From: Bispira polyomma
Taxonomy: Eukaryota
Length of the DNA stretch: 64,000 nucleotides
NCBI GenBank assembly: GCA_965649765.1
Contig: OZ287748.1
Location: forward strand, 57,412,001-57,476,000
Direction of reading: 5' to 3'
The notes below the pieces were generated by a model. That model was not told the origin of the DNA. It made no database searches and worked only from the letters and a program-made list of their open reading frames with translations. The translations under genes and the position numbers were made by a program. Below, piece after piece: positions 50,794 through 62,686 of the stretch (position 1 is the first letter of the stretch; each line of letters begins with the position of its first letter).

Positions 50794-51809
50794 TCATAGG
50801 CTGCACATGTGTAAATAAAACCCAAATGAGGAAAACTTTACTAACACTGGTTTTTTCCATATATGCAGAATAATTGAATAATGTACCAATATGTATGTAT
50901 GTGAAGTACTAGATGTTCAAAATTCTATGTTTTAGAAAGGCCAGTTCTAATTGTCTCAACTAAGATTGGACGTAATATGATATATGTAACGGTATCAAGC
51001 ATTAAAATGTACAAATGGTTATTGGTAATCCACTTTATGGTTACTTATTGTATTATTACTGTTATGTATTTTATTAGTTGTTACTTGCCTGTTGGGTAAT
51101 TAAAATTTTACTCATCTTAAAAAATTTAAGCAGTTTTATGGTATGTTAATGTCAATTGTCAAATATATATATGCTAACATGTAAAAACTAAATACTCAAT
51201 TGAAATCTTTTATTACCTTCTTCAACATCACAATAAAATACATCAGGATCTGAAGATCAAACTTGACCTTTCACAGCATGTGACCTTTGAAACTTTCAAA
51301 TTTACCTTCCAACATTTGGGGACTGAGCTGACCAGCTTGTTAGCTATCAGGAAAATAGCACAAAAATATGGAGCTACACGAGAACCCCCCATAATAATCT
51401 GCAAAATAAGTGTGTAGATCAATAAACAGGATATAAATGAAGATATGATGTGGACCAAAAATAATTATCATACAAAGAAACATGCTTTTTATATTTAGGA
51501 ATTTTTAGGTTTCAGTATGAAACCAGGGGAAATGTAGAGTAGTTTAGAGGCAACTAATGCTGTATCAATAGTACAATATCATGTTTTTCTGGGGTGCATA
51601 GATTGATATTAATGTCAGTGTTAATTTTGCAACAGAAATGAAAAAAGCATGAAGGGACTGACAGCAGATAAAATATGAATATGGATTACCTAGTCATTAG
51701 ATCAGCAATACCATTATTTTCACCTATATAACATGTTTTAATGTCATTTCAACATGTACTTTTTTGTCGGCATGTGATGTTATGTGTACATAAGGTAAGA
51801 TTAATTTAG

Positions 51810-51950
51810 TTTGGGCTTTAACAGCACTATCAGTATGTTTGTGTCATATCACGGTGGACAGTTCACTGGTGGAAGAATCACTGTCCATCGGCAACTCTTA
51901 CTGCGAACCCTTTCCCACACACACAAACCAAGGCCGTGTTTTGAAACCAT
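51810..51950 (-). mobile_element. Meta-like SINE fragment
   Basis: Minus strand GTGTGGGAAAGGG...TTCCACCAGTG...CGTGATATGAC...TGTTAAAGCCCAA. Confidence 0.55.
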
Positions 51951-53245
51951 GATGACAAAGGTGGGAGCAATACCCTTTACATGGTCAGATACGTGGCATT
52001 AGTATGCCCAGTATTTAGGATGCTACATAGTTTGTGGTTATCATACTTTAAGACAACCTTTGGATGGGGAGGCTTTATGCTAAGTTACCCCATCTTCCAC
52101 TAAAACCAGCGAGAGAGTAAATGATTTTTTTTCAATATCAACTTCAACTGTCACATAGGTCACTCTTGAGTTTTTTCACATATGGTATGGTTTACTTGAC
52201 GAAGTAAGTCATGTAGAGTTTTAAATGACTTTGAACTCAGCTAAACTAAATAGGCGAATTAAATAGGCGAAATCTATCTTGTTTACTGGCCAACTCAAAC
52301 CAGAGAAATGAATTACACATCTAAACAATAATTGTAGTTGGCAATTAGAGCTCCTTCTAGCATATAAAATTGAGAAGCAACCTTTTCATTGCCAGTTTAC
52401 TCCAGATAAACCAGAAATCCAGACTGTCTTATGAATATGGTATTCACCTTTGGGATAATTGAGTTGCTGTCGGTTATGAAACGATATCAAAAATAATTAA
52501 TCTACCTGAACAAATAGTGATTGTGATCAGGTGAAATAACATCCCAATGCCATACAAAATCTTAGCTGTTATTGAGGTGTACCCCAAAACCAGAGATGAA
52601 ACAATGTCTGAATACTATGTCTTCCTTACAATCATGTTTGATCAAGGTTGCCTGAAGTCTCTGGTGGCATTTACTTATTCTAGTGGAGTTCTTTGAACGT
52701 TATTTGCATCAAGGGTATGTGATCTGCGTACACCGTTTTATAAAACTGAAAATAAGGTACACATTTATCACCTATCACTATAAATCAGATAGAATCCTTT
52801 TTATCATATTACAGCATATACTGCAATAAGCCAGCACTATACATCGTGTACAACTTTAAATGATACTATATATTTTACCATTTTAATTGTAATTATTACA
52901 CTCCAGAACGAAAAATGTATTATGGAAAAGATCTTTGAAATATGTGTGCATATCACTTAACAATGTAAATAAATATACCCCTCTATTGTATAACAAGGGG
53001 ATTACCAATTGTAACTTTTATCAACGAAAATGGTATGAGAAAGGGATTATTGTTTTATGAAATATTGTATTCTGAAGGAACTTTTGTTAGTAAAGAAGCC
53101 TTAGAATATTGTATGATCTTCCTAATTTTAATTTTATGAAAACTAACAAGTAAAGGCAGAGATGTACCTAAATTTAATAACACATAGATTGAACCAAAAA
53201 GTTACAACAAAATAAATCAGGTACATTTGATACAAAATATCGAAT

Positions 53246-53436
53246 ACAGTTCCCTATGTGTAGTCAAAGTAAGTTGTTGATATCCAAGTATCTATGGTTA
53301 GTGATATAAGACAATGAAAAGATACTGTTTTGGAGTTTATTTTCCTGTACAAGTTAGTATGGCTATGTACAATATACAGTAATTAGTACAAAATATATTT
53401 AAAATTGAAGAGGTAGCTGAAATTTTAAATGAACCC
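53246..53436 (-). repeat. E3 repeat B2
   Basis: Differs from 54484-54674 at about 2 positions. Confidence 0.95.
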
Positions 53437-53838
53437 TTCAACAGAATAAAAGATATACAATAATACTACGTAAATAAAAGTACGAAATAACTAGTGTAAA
53501 TATAAAGCAAACAACCCATATAGTTGAAGCTTATGGGACTAGCCTGTTACATTAAAACCATTAAAATTATCAGGGGTACAACTACGTCTACAAACACCAG
53601 ATATAAGTGTTCCTGGGACTAGCCCACCACATTGATTCAGTATATTACATTTACTCTATTATTTCTTTAATTCAATACCACTGACATAATGTCACAGCAG
53701 TGAGCCCACGACAGCGGACAAATACACATGCAAGTTTCGCACTATGGTTGAAATTGTCAACCGATTTAGTAGGCCTGTGGCCCATCCGACATTTATAACT
53801 AAGTTAATAAATAATCAATGTACTTTTTACTGATTTGC

Positions 53839-54002
53839 GCAGACGTGCAATGGAACCCGAGGCCTAAGGTACCTATTCACCTAGCAGAGAAGAATTCAGT
53901 TCCTGCCCCCTTATTCAACCCTGGCCACTATAGTTGGGCTCAGAGGAGGGAACAAGGACTGAAAACGTCTCCACACAGCCGAGAGTTTAACCACCCGTCT
54001 GC
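53839..54002 (-). ncRNA. conserved structured RNA in the E3 spacer, copy a
   Basis: Closing stem GCAGACG/CGTCTGC; 16/17-bp stem 53947-53963 with 53895-53911; GAGCCC/GGGTTC pairing; conserved core. Confidence 0.65.
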
Positions 54003-54067
54003 CATTCTCTGAAATTTTTATTTACCTAATTTGTACTTAATCTTACTTGACATGCAGGGACTCCGTA

Positions 54068-54180
54068 GAGCCCGAGGCCTGTGGTACCTAATCACCTAGC
54101 AAAGAAAGAATGGTCAGATCACCCTTATTCTACCCTGGCCACTATAGTTGGGCTCAGAAGAGAGCAAAAAGACTACCCGA
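54068..54180 (-). ncRNA. conserved structured RNA in the E3 spacer, copy b
   Basis: CTGAGCCCAACTATAGTGGCCAGGGT...TGCTAGGTGATTAGGTACCACAGGCCTCGGGCTC. Confidence 0.6.
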
Positions 54181-54261
54181 TCTTCACCCGGCCATGAGGT
54201 CAGTGTTCATCCTGGATTAAAATGTAACTTAAGTGGTGGAATCTTAGGGGTTGATGGTGGG

Positions 54262-54674
54262 AATAAAATTTTGTTTTTTGTTGTTGACCCTTTGAATGCT
54301 TGGTCCAATATGGCACCCAAAAGTGGGGGACATAATTTCTAATGAAAGGTGGTCTAATTAGTGATTGGCTAATTGGGAAAAGTGTGGGAAGTATGTACTT
54401 GGGAACAAGAATAGTTTTTTAAAAGGGGTATTTACTATGATGGGGAACTGATTCAGCAGGCCCCTAAAGTTGTCGTGCTCGACACAGTTCCCTATGTGTA
54501 GTCAAAGTAAGTTGTTGATATCCAAGTGTCTATGGTTAGTGATATAAGACAATGAAAAGATACTGTTTTGGAGTTTATTTTCCTGTACAAGTTAGTATGG
54601 CTATGTACAATATACAGTAATTAGTATAAAATATATTTAAAATTGAAGAGGTAGCTGAAATTTTAAATGAACCC
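54262..54674 (-). repeat. E3 internal B1-A2 junction
   Basis: A2 54262-54486 matches A1 with about 7 differences; B1 54484-54674 matches B2. Confidence 0.95.
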
Positions 54675-54682
54675 AAACCCAA

Positions 54683-55642
54683 GTTAGAAAGAGGAGGGGA
54701 CAATGTTTGCAAAAGTGTGAGGAATCACAGAGGCAGCTTGTGATGTAGATTGAAGATAAGTCCAAACTGCTGAGCGCCATAATATTTTGTAAAGAAATAT
54801 TATTATTGAATGCTAATGTTGCGCCTGACCTGCGAAAAGTGTGGAAACCATGGGTAGAATGGTCAATGCCAATATGTTGAAGAATGATTTTTAAAGCTGC
54901 CCTAATGTGTGATTCCACCACAGGATAATAAGGGGGTGATGCTGAGGTAAACAAGGGGGCAGAAGGTGCCAGTCCCCTGTTACTGATCAGCTGAGTAAGT
55001 GCTGTTACTGGGCAAAATAAGGAACCTAAATTGAGGGCAACTGAACCACATGTGAGTTGGATCTGTCCTGCATGTTCTTTGCCCACTTTATTATGAGGTG
55101 TACCCCAGCAGGGCCAAATACTACGTCATGAATAAGTAAATTTCTAGTGGGGTCAAATTTCCTTCTTGAGTGAGGGGCGATGTTGGACATACGCAAAAAT
55201 CCATAAAATGCCACCAGAAAAATGGCCCTAAATAAATGGGGGTCTTGTAGGATTTCGTAAGCCTGTGATATTTTTAACAGCTGTTTGATGTCAAATACCC
55301 CTTTTGAAGCTGGTCTAAAAGGGGAGTTGTGAACCAGACTACGTGTAAACAAAGAGATGGCATTGTGTTGAAACACTGCTGGGTTAATCTGATATTTAGC
55401 TGACATGAATTTCAATGCAGCGAGGTAGTTGTTAACTACTTTTGGAGACAAATTATTTTGAGTGAGATATTCTAGAAAGGCCAAGACTGAATGTACAGTT
55501 ATGTCCTGAATGTGTGCATACTGTAGGAAAGAGAGGAAAGTCCTAAATTGGCTGGTGTAGGCTGATGTGGTTGCTGGCCTCAGTGCTGTGTTGATCCTGT
55601 TGATCGCAGCAGTGGTCAGTGAATCTGTGGCTGTTGTAGCAC
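54683..55642 (-). pseudogene. E3 tyrosine recombinase (frameshifted)
   Basis: ALRPATTSAY...YLAALK...FYGFLRMSN...KWAK...HGFHTFRRSGA. Confidence 0.9.
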
Positions 55643-55648
55643 CTACAA

Positions 55649-58330
55649 TTAAATATTATAATCTAGGTTAAAGTGTGTTATGGGAACCTCCTTGTGTGTA
55701 CAATGACTCAGTTTTACTAACATTTCCTGTTTAGGGGGATTATCTGAATATATGCGCGAAAGTGCGTCTGCCCATATATTCGCCTTACCTCTAATATGCT
55801 GTATATTCAGAGTTATGTCGTGTAAAGAAGATATCAGTCAAATATTACGGATGCATACTGCCAAAGAGGGGTCCCTAGTTTTGCCGGTCTGGACGACCAA
55901 GACTACGGCCATATTATCACAGTGAAATGTAACTTTCTGGTGAGCCCAGTCCTCACCCCAGATCCTTAATGCAATAACTATGTTAATCATTTCTAGTTGT
56001 GTTATATGTAATTTTTGTTGGTAAATGTTGTATACAGATGTATAATAAATCTGTGAACCCCATATGCCACCTAGTCCTGTTAAGCAGGCATCCAGGTGTA
56101 ACTCAGTAGCGTCACTGATGATCGAGGGGACAATATAAGCAACTCCATTATATTTAAATAGGAAGGCGACAAACCAATCTAAATCTTTCTTGATGTTATC
56201 TGTAAGTTTAAATCTCTTAGCGTTAGGAGAAGCCCTAAATACCGAAAGTAACCTATTGATGAAGCATCTGGCCAGTTTCACACATTTGTGAAAAAATAGC
56301 AATTTCCCAAGTATGGACTGAAATTTTGAACGTGATAACCATGATTTTGTACGTGCTTCCACACATGCGTCATAAATTTCTTTAATTTTTTTTGGGGTTA
56401 TACTAATAGTGCCCTCATCAATGTTAATGTCAATACCTAAGAATGTAACCTGTGTAGAGGGGGGTGCAATTTTTTCTGGGTTCATTGGGAGACCAAGGTT
56501 TTTAAGTAATGTACATAGGATGTCAAAATCTCGTTGCGCATCCGATTTTTGACAGACATAAATATAATCGTCATGTAGCATGAAAGGTCAAATCCTTGCT
56601 TTCTCATGTGGTCTGCGATAATGTCCGAGCAGCGCTGAAATACGGCACTGCCGTGCGCCCACCCAAATACAACTGCAGCGTCAACGTAGTACTTATTGTC
56701 GTGACATATACCAAGTTTAAGAGCATCGACAGGGTCTACTCTCAAATTACGAAAAGCTCTGGCTACATCGACCTTGAACATTAGTGGATCAGAAAATTTT
56801 AAAATGTTAGAAGTGACAGTATCTATGTTAGGAAACTTAAGGAGAAATTTTGTGTTATCATAGGTATCTCTGCTAACGTGATCATTTACTGAATCACCCA
56901 ATGGGTGAGAGAGATTTAGTATAACTCTACGTTTGTCACGGTCTTTCGGTCTGGTTAATAGGGGGGAACAGTGGTAATGTGGATCCGAAAGTACGTCCAC
57001 TGGACCTAACATGGCCCCTTTAGACTTTTCTTTGTCTAGATATTGAACAATCGCATTTGAGTATTCAAGAGCAGAGTGATGATTAGTCACCTGTTTAACC
57101 TGTAATTGGTCTGCGTTCTCTAGGGACAATGGAAAACCGAATTTAAGGTATTGGATTACGATTTTGTCTGGGTGATCCTGCGTTATGTTTTCCCATGCCG
57201 CGATGTTTAACTGGGATTTGACAGGTATTCGTGCCTGCCTGTAATTTGGAAGTCCTGTGTCCCTTATGATATTTGCAGCGAGTGTAATGTCCTTCATATT
57301 TTCTAGCAGAACCGAATCTCTGTCTGGCCCTACAAATTGAAATGGAGTGCTAGTAAGCTTAATGAAGCCTGTGTTCTTATCAGGGTTATCAATGTCTTTA
57401 GAAGGTAAAGTTTTTGAAGAAGAATTAACTTCCATGTCCGGGCCCACCAGCCCATCCAGGTCGTTAATGAGCGGAGCAGAAGTACAACTCACCTTGTGCA
57501 TTTTATCCCATTTATTTATGGGTTTCTGAACTTTATTACTATTAACATGTATATCATCATTTTCAATTATCTTATCTATGATATCACACATAAATTGAGA
57601 ATAAGCACAACCAAGTGTTGTATGACATGCCAGGTCTTTGTTGTAGTTGTCATGAGCATTTGCTGCCCCTATTATTTCTTTGTCATTAAACTTATAGACC
57701 CTGTTCCATTTATGACCAGTCATAATAATTCCTTGTCTTTTAGTCACCCTCAGTTGGAAACCTGGTAACTCGTCTAGACCTGTATAAATAAAATTACTGT
57801 CTGCATTGTCCCACTCCCTAACACAAAAACCTCACATGTTACGACAATTTGGAAATTCTAAGTATACCAATGCTTTAGCCCTGGTGTTAATATCATGATA
57901 ATCATAGAGTTCATTATCGAAACTATGCATTTAGTCTTAATTGTGCCTCCATACACGAACACATACTGTTTGTCACCTTGATTGACATCTGGTCTCTGAA
58001 CATAACAATACCTGTGTCTATAATTAGGCACATCTATATCAATTGAAAAATTATTGTTACCATTATTATGGTGACCCAGTTGGGTAATCTCAGATTTTTG
58101 AGGTCTTTCCAAAATATGATCTTTAGTAAGCCCATTCTCATGGTGGCCATTCTGTCTAATATTTTGATTCCCCATCTCATAGAGATTTCCCTCTCTTGGG
58201 CAATTTTCTGCATGATGTTTCATCATGTCTGATTCCCCACTACCAGACCTGTCATAGCCTTGTTCAGAGACACCAGAATCAATAGTTTTGACATTACCAA
58301 TCGAATGTATATTTTTAGCTTTTACATTTT
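55649..58330 (-). pseudogene. E3 pol (RT + RNaseH), frameshifted
   Basis: RRVILNLSHP, KVDVARAFRNL, FGW, frameshifted YxDD, LDACL, HCDNMAVV, ADALSR. The N-terminal extension overlaps the end of gag; start is approximate. Confidence 0.9.
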
Positions 58331-59516
58331 GCAACATTCGCCTTGACACATTTAAATTCTGGGTGCGTGTTCTCCCTATTGGCTGAGCGAAAACAGTGAT
58401 TACATATATGACGATACTGTCCGTGGTCGGATTCGTGGTTGCAAGTGCCATTGTTGTAAAATTTACATACATTTTTGGACTTCTGTGCTGCCTGTGGGGC
58501 TTGTGCGACATGGCTATTAATCATAGCCAACTGTGAGGTGTTCATGCGATTTAGAGCCCACTGGGTGGAGTTCGACCAATCCAACCGACCCTCCTCGACT
58601 TCTTGCATATTCAATGCCCAACCTGACCTAACAGCAGGTCAGGGAAGAGAAGCTGAGTCTCTGAGCGTATAAATCATTTGATACATCATATTCCTCATGG
58701 TAGTGACGTCTGAGACCTGCACTATATTAAACAATTGCCCTGCAGCCCACTGTGACAGTGTGAAGTCATCGAAACTGGGTCGTTTACGAGCAGTGCCTCC
58801 GATCCAGCCCTCGTTGGACCACCGGGATTTAGGGTCAGATGTAATAACATCTGTGGTATTGAAGCGGCCGGATTTTTGCCTAAAGGAGGTCTTACCTTGC
58901 GACAAGTCCGTCCTGAGCTGCACATCATAAGCCGCCAGCCGTTGGTTCACTGCCGCATTGACTTCAGGTAAGGTTTTTAGGACATCCGGTCGAGGGATGA
59001 TGCCATCTCGCTGATAGTCACGATGTTGTGCCGCCAGGGGGGCCCTAAGTGGCAAAGCCTGAGTGGCGTGAACGTCTGCGTGCATCTGGGCAGTGTGGTG
59101 GTTACTCGGATGATAACCGTGATGTTGTGCCACCAGTGGGGCCGTGGGTGGCATAGCCTGAGTTGCGTGGACGTCAAGGGAAGTCTGTCTGTAACGGGTG
59201 GCCGTAATTCTAACATGGTATTGTTAATGCCCTGATGTGTAGGGGAGGTTAATGGGGTCGAGTTACATGCCCCTTTCAGTTCAACTTTGTCAAGCCTCCT
59301 ATTGATTTCTGAATTCACTGATTCAAGTCGTTTAAGTATAGACATAACATCTGAAATGCCATTCTCACCCTTCGCTGACTCATCCGTCGCTGTGTCTGTG
59401 TCCCTTGAGATCCTAAGTTTCCTCACAACTGGGTCTGTGCCTTTGTTTGTCCCACGTTTTGAAGTCATTTTTTTCTTAGATAATGGAACACTACCTGGTG
59501 CTTTCGTCTTCCCCAT
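58315..59516 (-). pseudogene. E3 gag-like ORF1 (frameshifted)
   Basis: MGKTK...; QGK...KSGRFNTTD...QWAAGQL; finger CKFYNNGTC...RHICNHC...HPEFKC. Confidence 0.85.
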
Positions 59517-59587
59517 AGTGTATATATATTAAAAACAGATAAAATCACTTGTTGTAAGACACATAAAACCTTCAATATATTCCAGTA

Positions 59588-59810
59588 AATAAAATTTCGT
59601 TTTTTGTTGTTGACCCTTTGAATGCTTGGTCCAATATGGCACCAAAAGTGGGGACATAATTTCTAATGAAAGGTGGTCTAATTAGTGATTGGCTAATTGG
59701 GAAATGTGTGGGAAGTATGTACTTGGGAACAAGAATAGTTTTTTAAAAGGGGTATTTACTAGGATGGGCAACTGATTCAGCAGGCCCCTAAAGTTGTCGT
59801 GCTCAACACA
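59588..59810 (-). repeat. E3 repeat A1 (5' terminus)
   Basis: Direct repeat of 54262-54486. Confidence 0.95.
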
Positions 59811-62686
59811 TTGAACCTGGATTTGAACATACACACGGATGATCTTATTTTGAAACAAGATAAATTAACTCTGTGAATGACAAAAAAAAATTATCTGATT
59901 TCAGTATAAAATTGTACATCGTATTCTTGGTACTTTAAGATTGATGTTTAAAATGGCGATCACTGAATCCGAATGTTGTAGATGGTGTAATGTTAATATT
60001 CATTTATATGTATCATGTGAACATCTGCACAAATTATGAAAAGACCATCTTTCAACAAAATTGGTCGAAATATATAACTAATGTTAGTAATAACTTTCAT
60101 CAACCGATATAATCTTGGGATACTTACCGAAACCGATTTGTTCCTTCCAATCAATGTTATTGTCCTTACATTAATGTGTCTTTGAACTTTGTAAACTTAA
60201 AACTCAAATTAAAATCAACTGATGATTATGAACATCTGGTGTATATAGAGAAAGAAAAGGAGGTAAACTATTTTAAAGTCATGGACAAAAAAAGGTTGTT
60301 TGAATAAAATATTGGTTATGTGTTTTGCTTAAATGCCTGTCATAATTACATGTATGTATATATCTCATTTTCAATTATTATAATTGTCTCAATTATTGAA
60401 CTATTGTACTTTATGTAGAAAGACAGATTGATCTGGGGAAAACAATGTTACTCATAAAACAAATTAATTCAATTATTTAAAATGGTTGCTCAGATCATCA
60501 TAGTCTATTTACTAAGCAGATATGGATATATAGATATTGTATAGGTTTTAGAACTAGCTGGGATTTGACATCGCTTATAAGACTGCACGACAGGCAGGTA
60601 ACTGTTGGAGTAAATAAGTACAGATTAATTGGTCCTTTTTTTCTGTATCATAAAACACCGGCCTTAAGCAAGTTTACTGCCACCTTTCCCACATGCATTC
60701 TAGAGCCAATATTCAAACCAATGACTATAGCGGTGGGAACCAGTGTTTAGGCTTTCGAAATTGTGTAGTATATTTTGATCTTGTTATATTCTATTTTGCC
60801 TTCTGTTTTTTATGAATGTGTCTGTATTCCTTTACCTTACTTATTTGTATCAACATAAAGCATTCCATTCCAAGCCATTTATTGATACCCCAGTACAGCT
60901 TAGAAGTCCTTGTTTCTTGGATTGCTAAAGTGCTAAGGAATTCATAACAATAAAAGGAGAGTAAAAATGTGCGTGCTTCTTGATATAATCAGAGCCAACT
61001 GTTTGGACAAACAAGGGGAACGTTGCAGCTTCCTATGTTTACCATGTTAGTGTTAAGGTTTTATCTCACATAAACACACAGAAAGATACTGTATAACCAG
61101 GAAGCTGTTGTCACGCCCGTCATCATAACCACAAGGACAGTGTGGTCATTACATTAACACCCAATGAACCTCATCATTTTTACACATTTTTAAATATAAA
61201 CAAAATTTCAGATTCAACACTTTTTCTTTCAATCTTTGAATTCAATTAAATTTAAGTATTTAGACATGTATATTAATCTTGTATTTTATGAAAGAAATAT
61301 GTATCTTGCAAGATTAAAGTACTTATGTATACATAGGTACTAATGGTGGTATGTTTGATGACATGTTCCACATAAATGTAAAGCGATGTTTAACTCTATT
61401 TCATTGATGTCACAATCTAAGGAAGCAATGAATAAATAGCAACTCCAACTCGTATTTGATTTTCCCAATAGGTTGATAAGTGAGCAATTTTTAGTTATGC
61501 AGATTCATCACATATACATTATCATTGCCGGCACATAGAAGCATTATTTTAACTTCTCAGAGTTTATGTGACTTTATCACTGCTTAATAAGGTAATTATT
61601 TAAACTATTATTTAGTTGTATTATAGTATTCGCGTAAGGTATTACCTAAATGATTTATTATATTAATAAATACCTGCATTGCAAGGTTTAGATTGGGCAT
61701 TGATAGCGAGTTAGTGACAGGTGACAGAAAATATGAATAAAAGCAATGGATGGTTTTAAAATGGATGTTTCATATGCAAGTTACTCTTTAAAAGAGTCTC
61801 TGTGTAAATGTTTTGACTGTATCAAATAAATTTGAACTCTTAAGACTGTTTTCTTCGGTTAGTGAATAACAAATCAACTATTATGGGAACAAAACTTGTA
61901 CTTTCTAGATTACAACCAAGAGGTTACAGAAAGGCACGACCTCTGTTATACATGATGAGTACAAAACTCACCAAAAATAAAATATTGTCGCTTGAAAGTT
62001 GTTTTCGCATGTGTACCTTTTTTTACCTTGACTGTATTGTGATTAGAAACATGTTGTTAAATTATAAAACTGTTAATGAAATACGTGCTAATTAAAAATT
62101 TAACGTTAAAAATGTCTGTGAAGGAATTAGTTTTGTCAGAGCTTGAAAGTATCTTAATTAAAAAAAAGGAAAAGCTGTGATGAAATGAAAAAACCAAAAT
62201 GAAATTAACAGACGTAAAGTGTACATAGAAGGCCAATCATGTTGAGTTTTAATGATCGCAAAAGCAAATATGATGTATATCTGAATTACTTCTAGTATTT
62301 ACTGTAAATACTGGGCTAGAGTAAACTGAGACATGGATAAAAATAGCCAATTTTAGTTATGGCTTTTGTTGTCAACAAATGACTGTTATTTAATTATTTT
62401 TCTTGTAGAAAAGAGGTCATAGCTTAGTTTTTTTAAAGTTCTTATGTCCCCATAAGGTATTCATTCCCATGTAATGTAAGACATAATAAGAACAAGCAAC
62501 CAAGTCTATGTATTATGTATTTAAATATATCAGATAAAATAGTTTAAGAAACAAGGAAACATATCTCAATATTTTTCTATAATTTCGCTAGTAAATGATT
62601 TTTTTCGGTTGTTAAGTCAATGCAAGTTTGTTTTAAACAAACTGTACTTAAAACAATTTAAATATAATACTATAGGAAGACGTGTT

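Larger units (their letters stand above)
53246..59810 (-). mobile_element. E3: full-length Ngaro-like YR retrotransposon (distinct family from E1)
   Basis: A1 59588-59810, gag, RT/RH, YR, B1 54484-54674, A2 54262-54486, spacer, B2 53246-53436. The ACA core is present at both ends and at the internal junction. Confidence 0.94.

Noticed and set aside
53956-53965. 10-nt match (TTTTCAGTCC) between the E3a RNA stem and the E1 left junction, suggesting a guide RNA
   Set aside because: Short, between different families, and no equivalent match links the E1 or E3b copies to their own targets; chance is likely.
31025-59810. Classification as DIRS1-like or LTR elements
   Set aside because: No inverted terminal repeats with an internal complementary region, no methyltransferase, no DDE integrase or protease; split direct repeats fit the Ngaro type.
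60120-60200. Possible minus-strand exon ending at a GTAAGT donor near 60127
   Set aside because: Isolated donor with no supporting ORF or partner exons.
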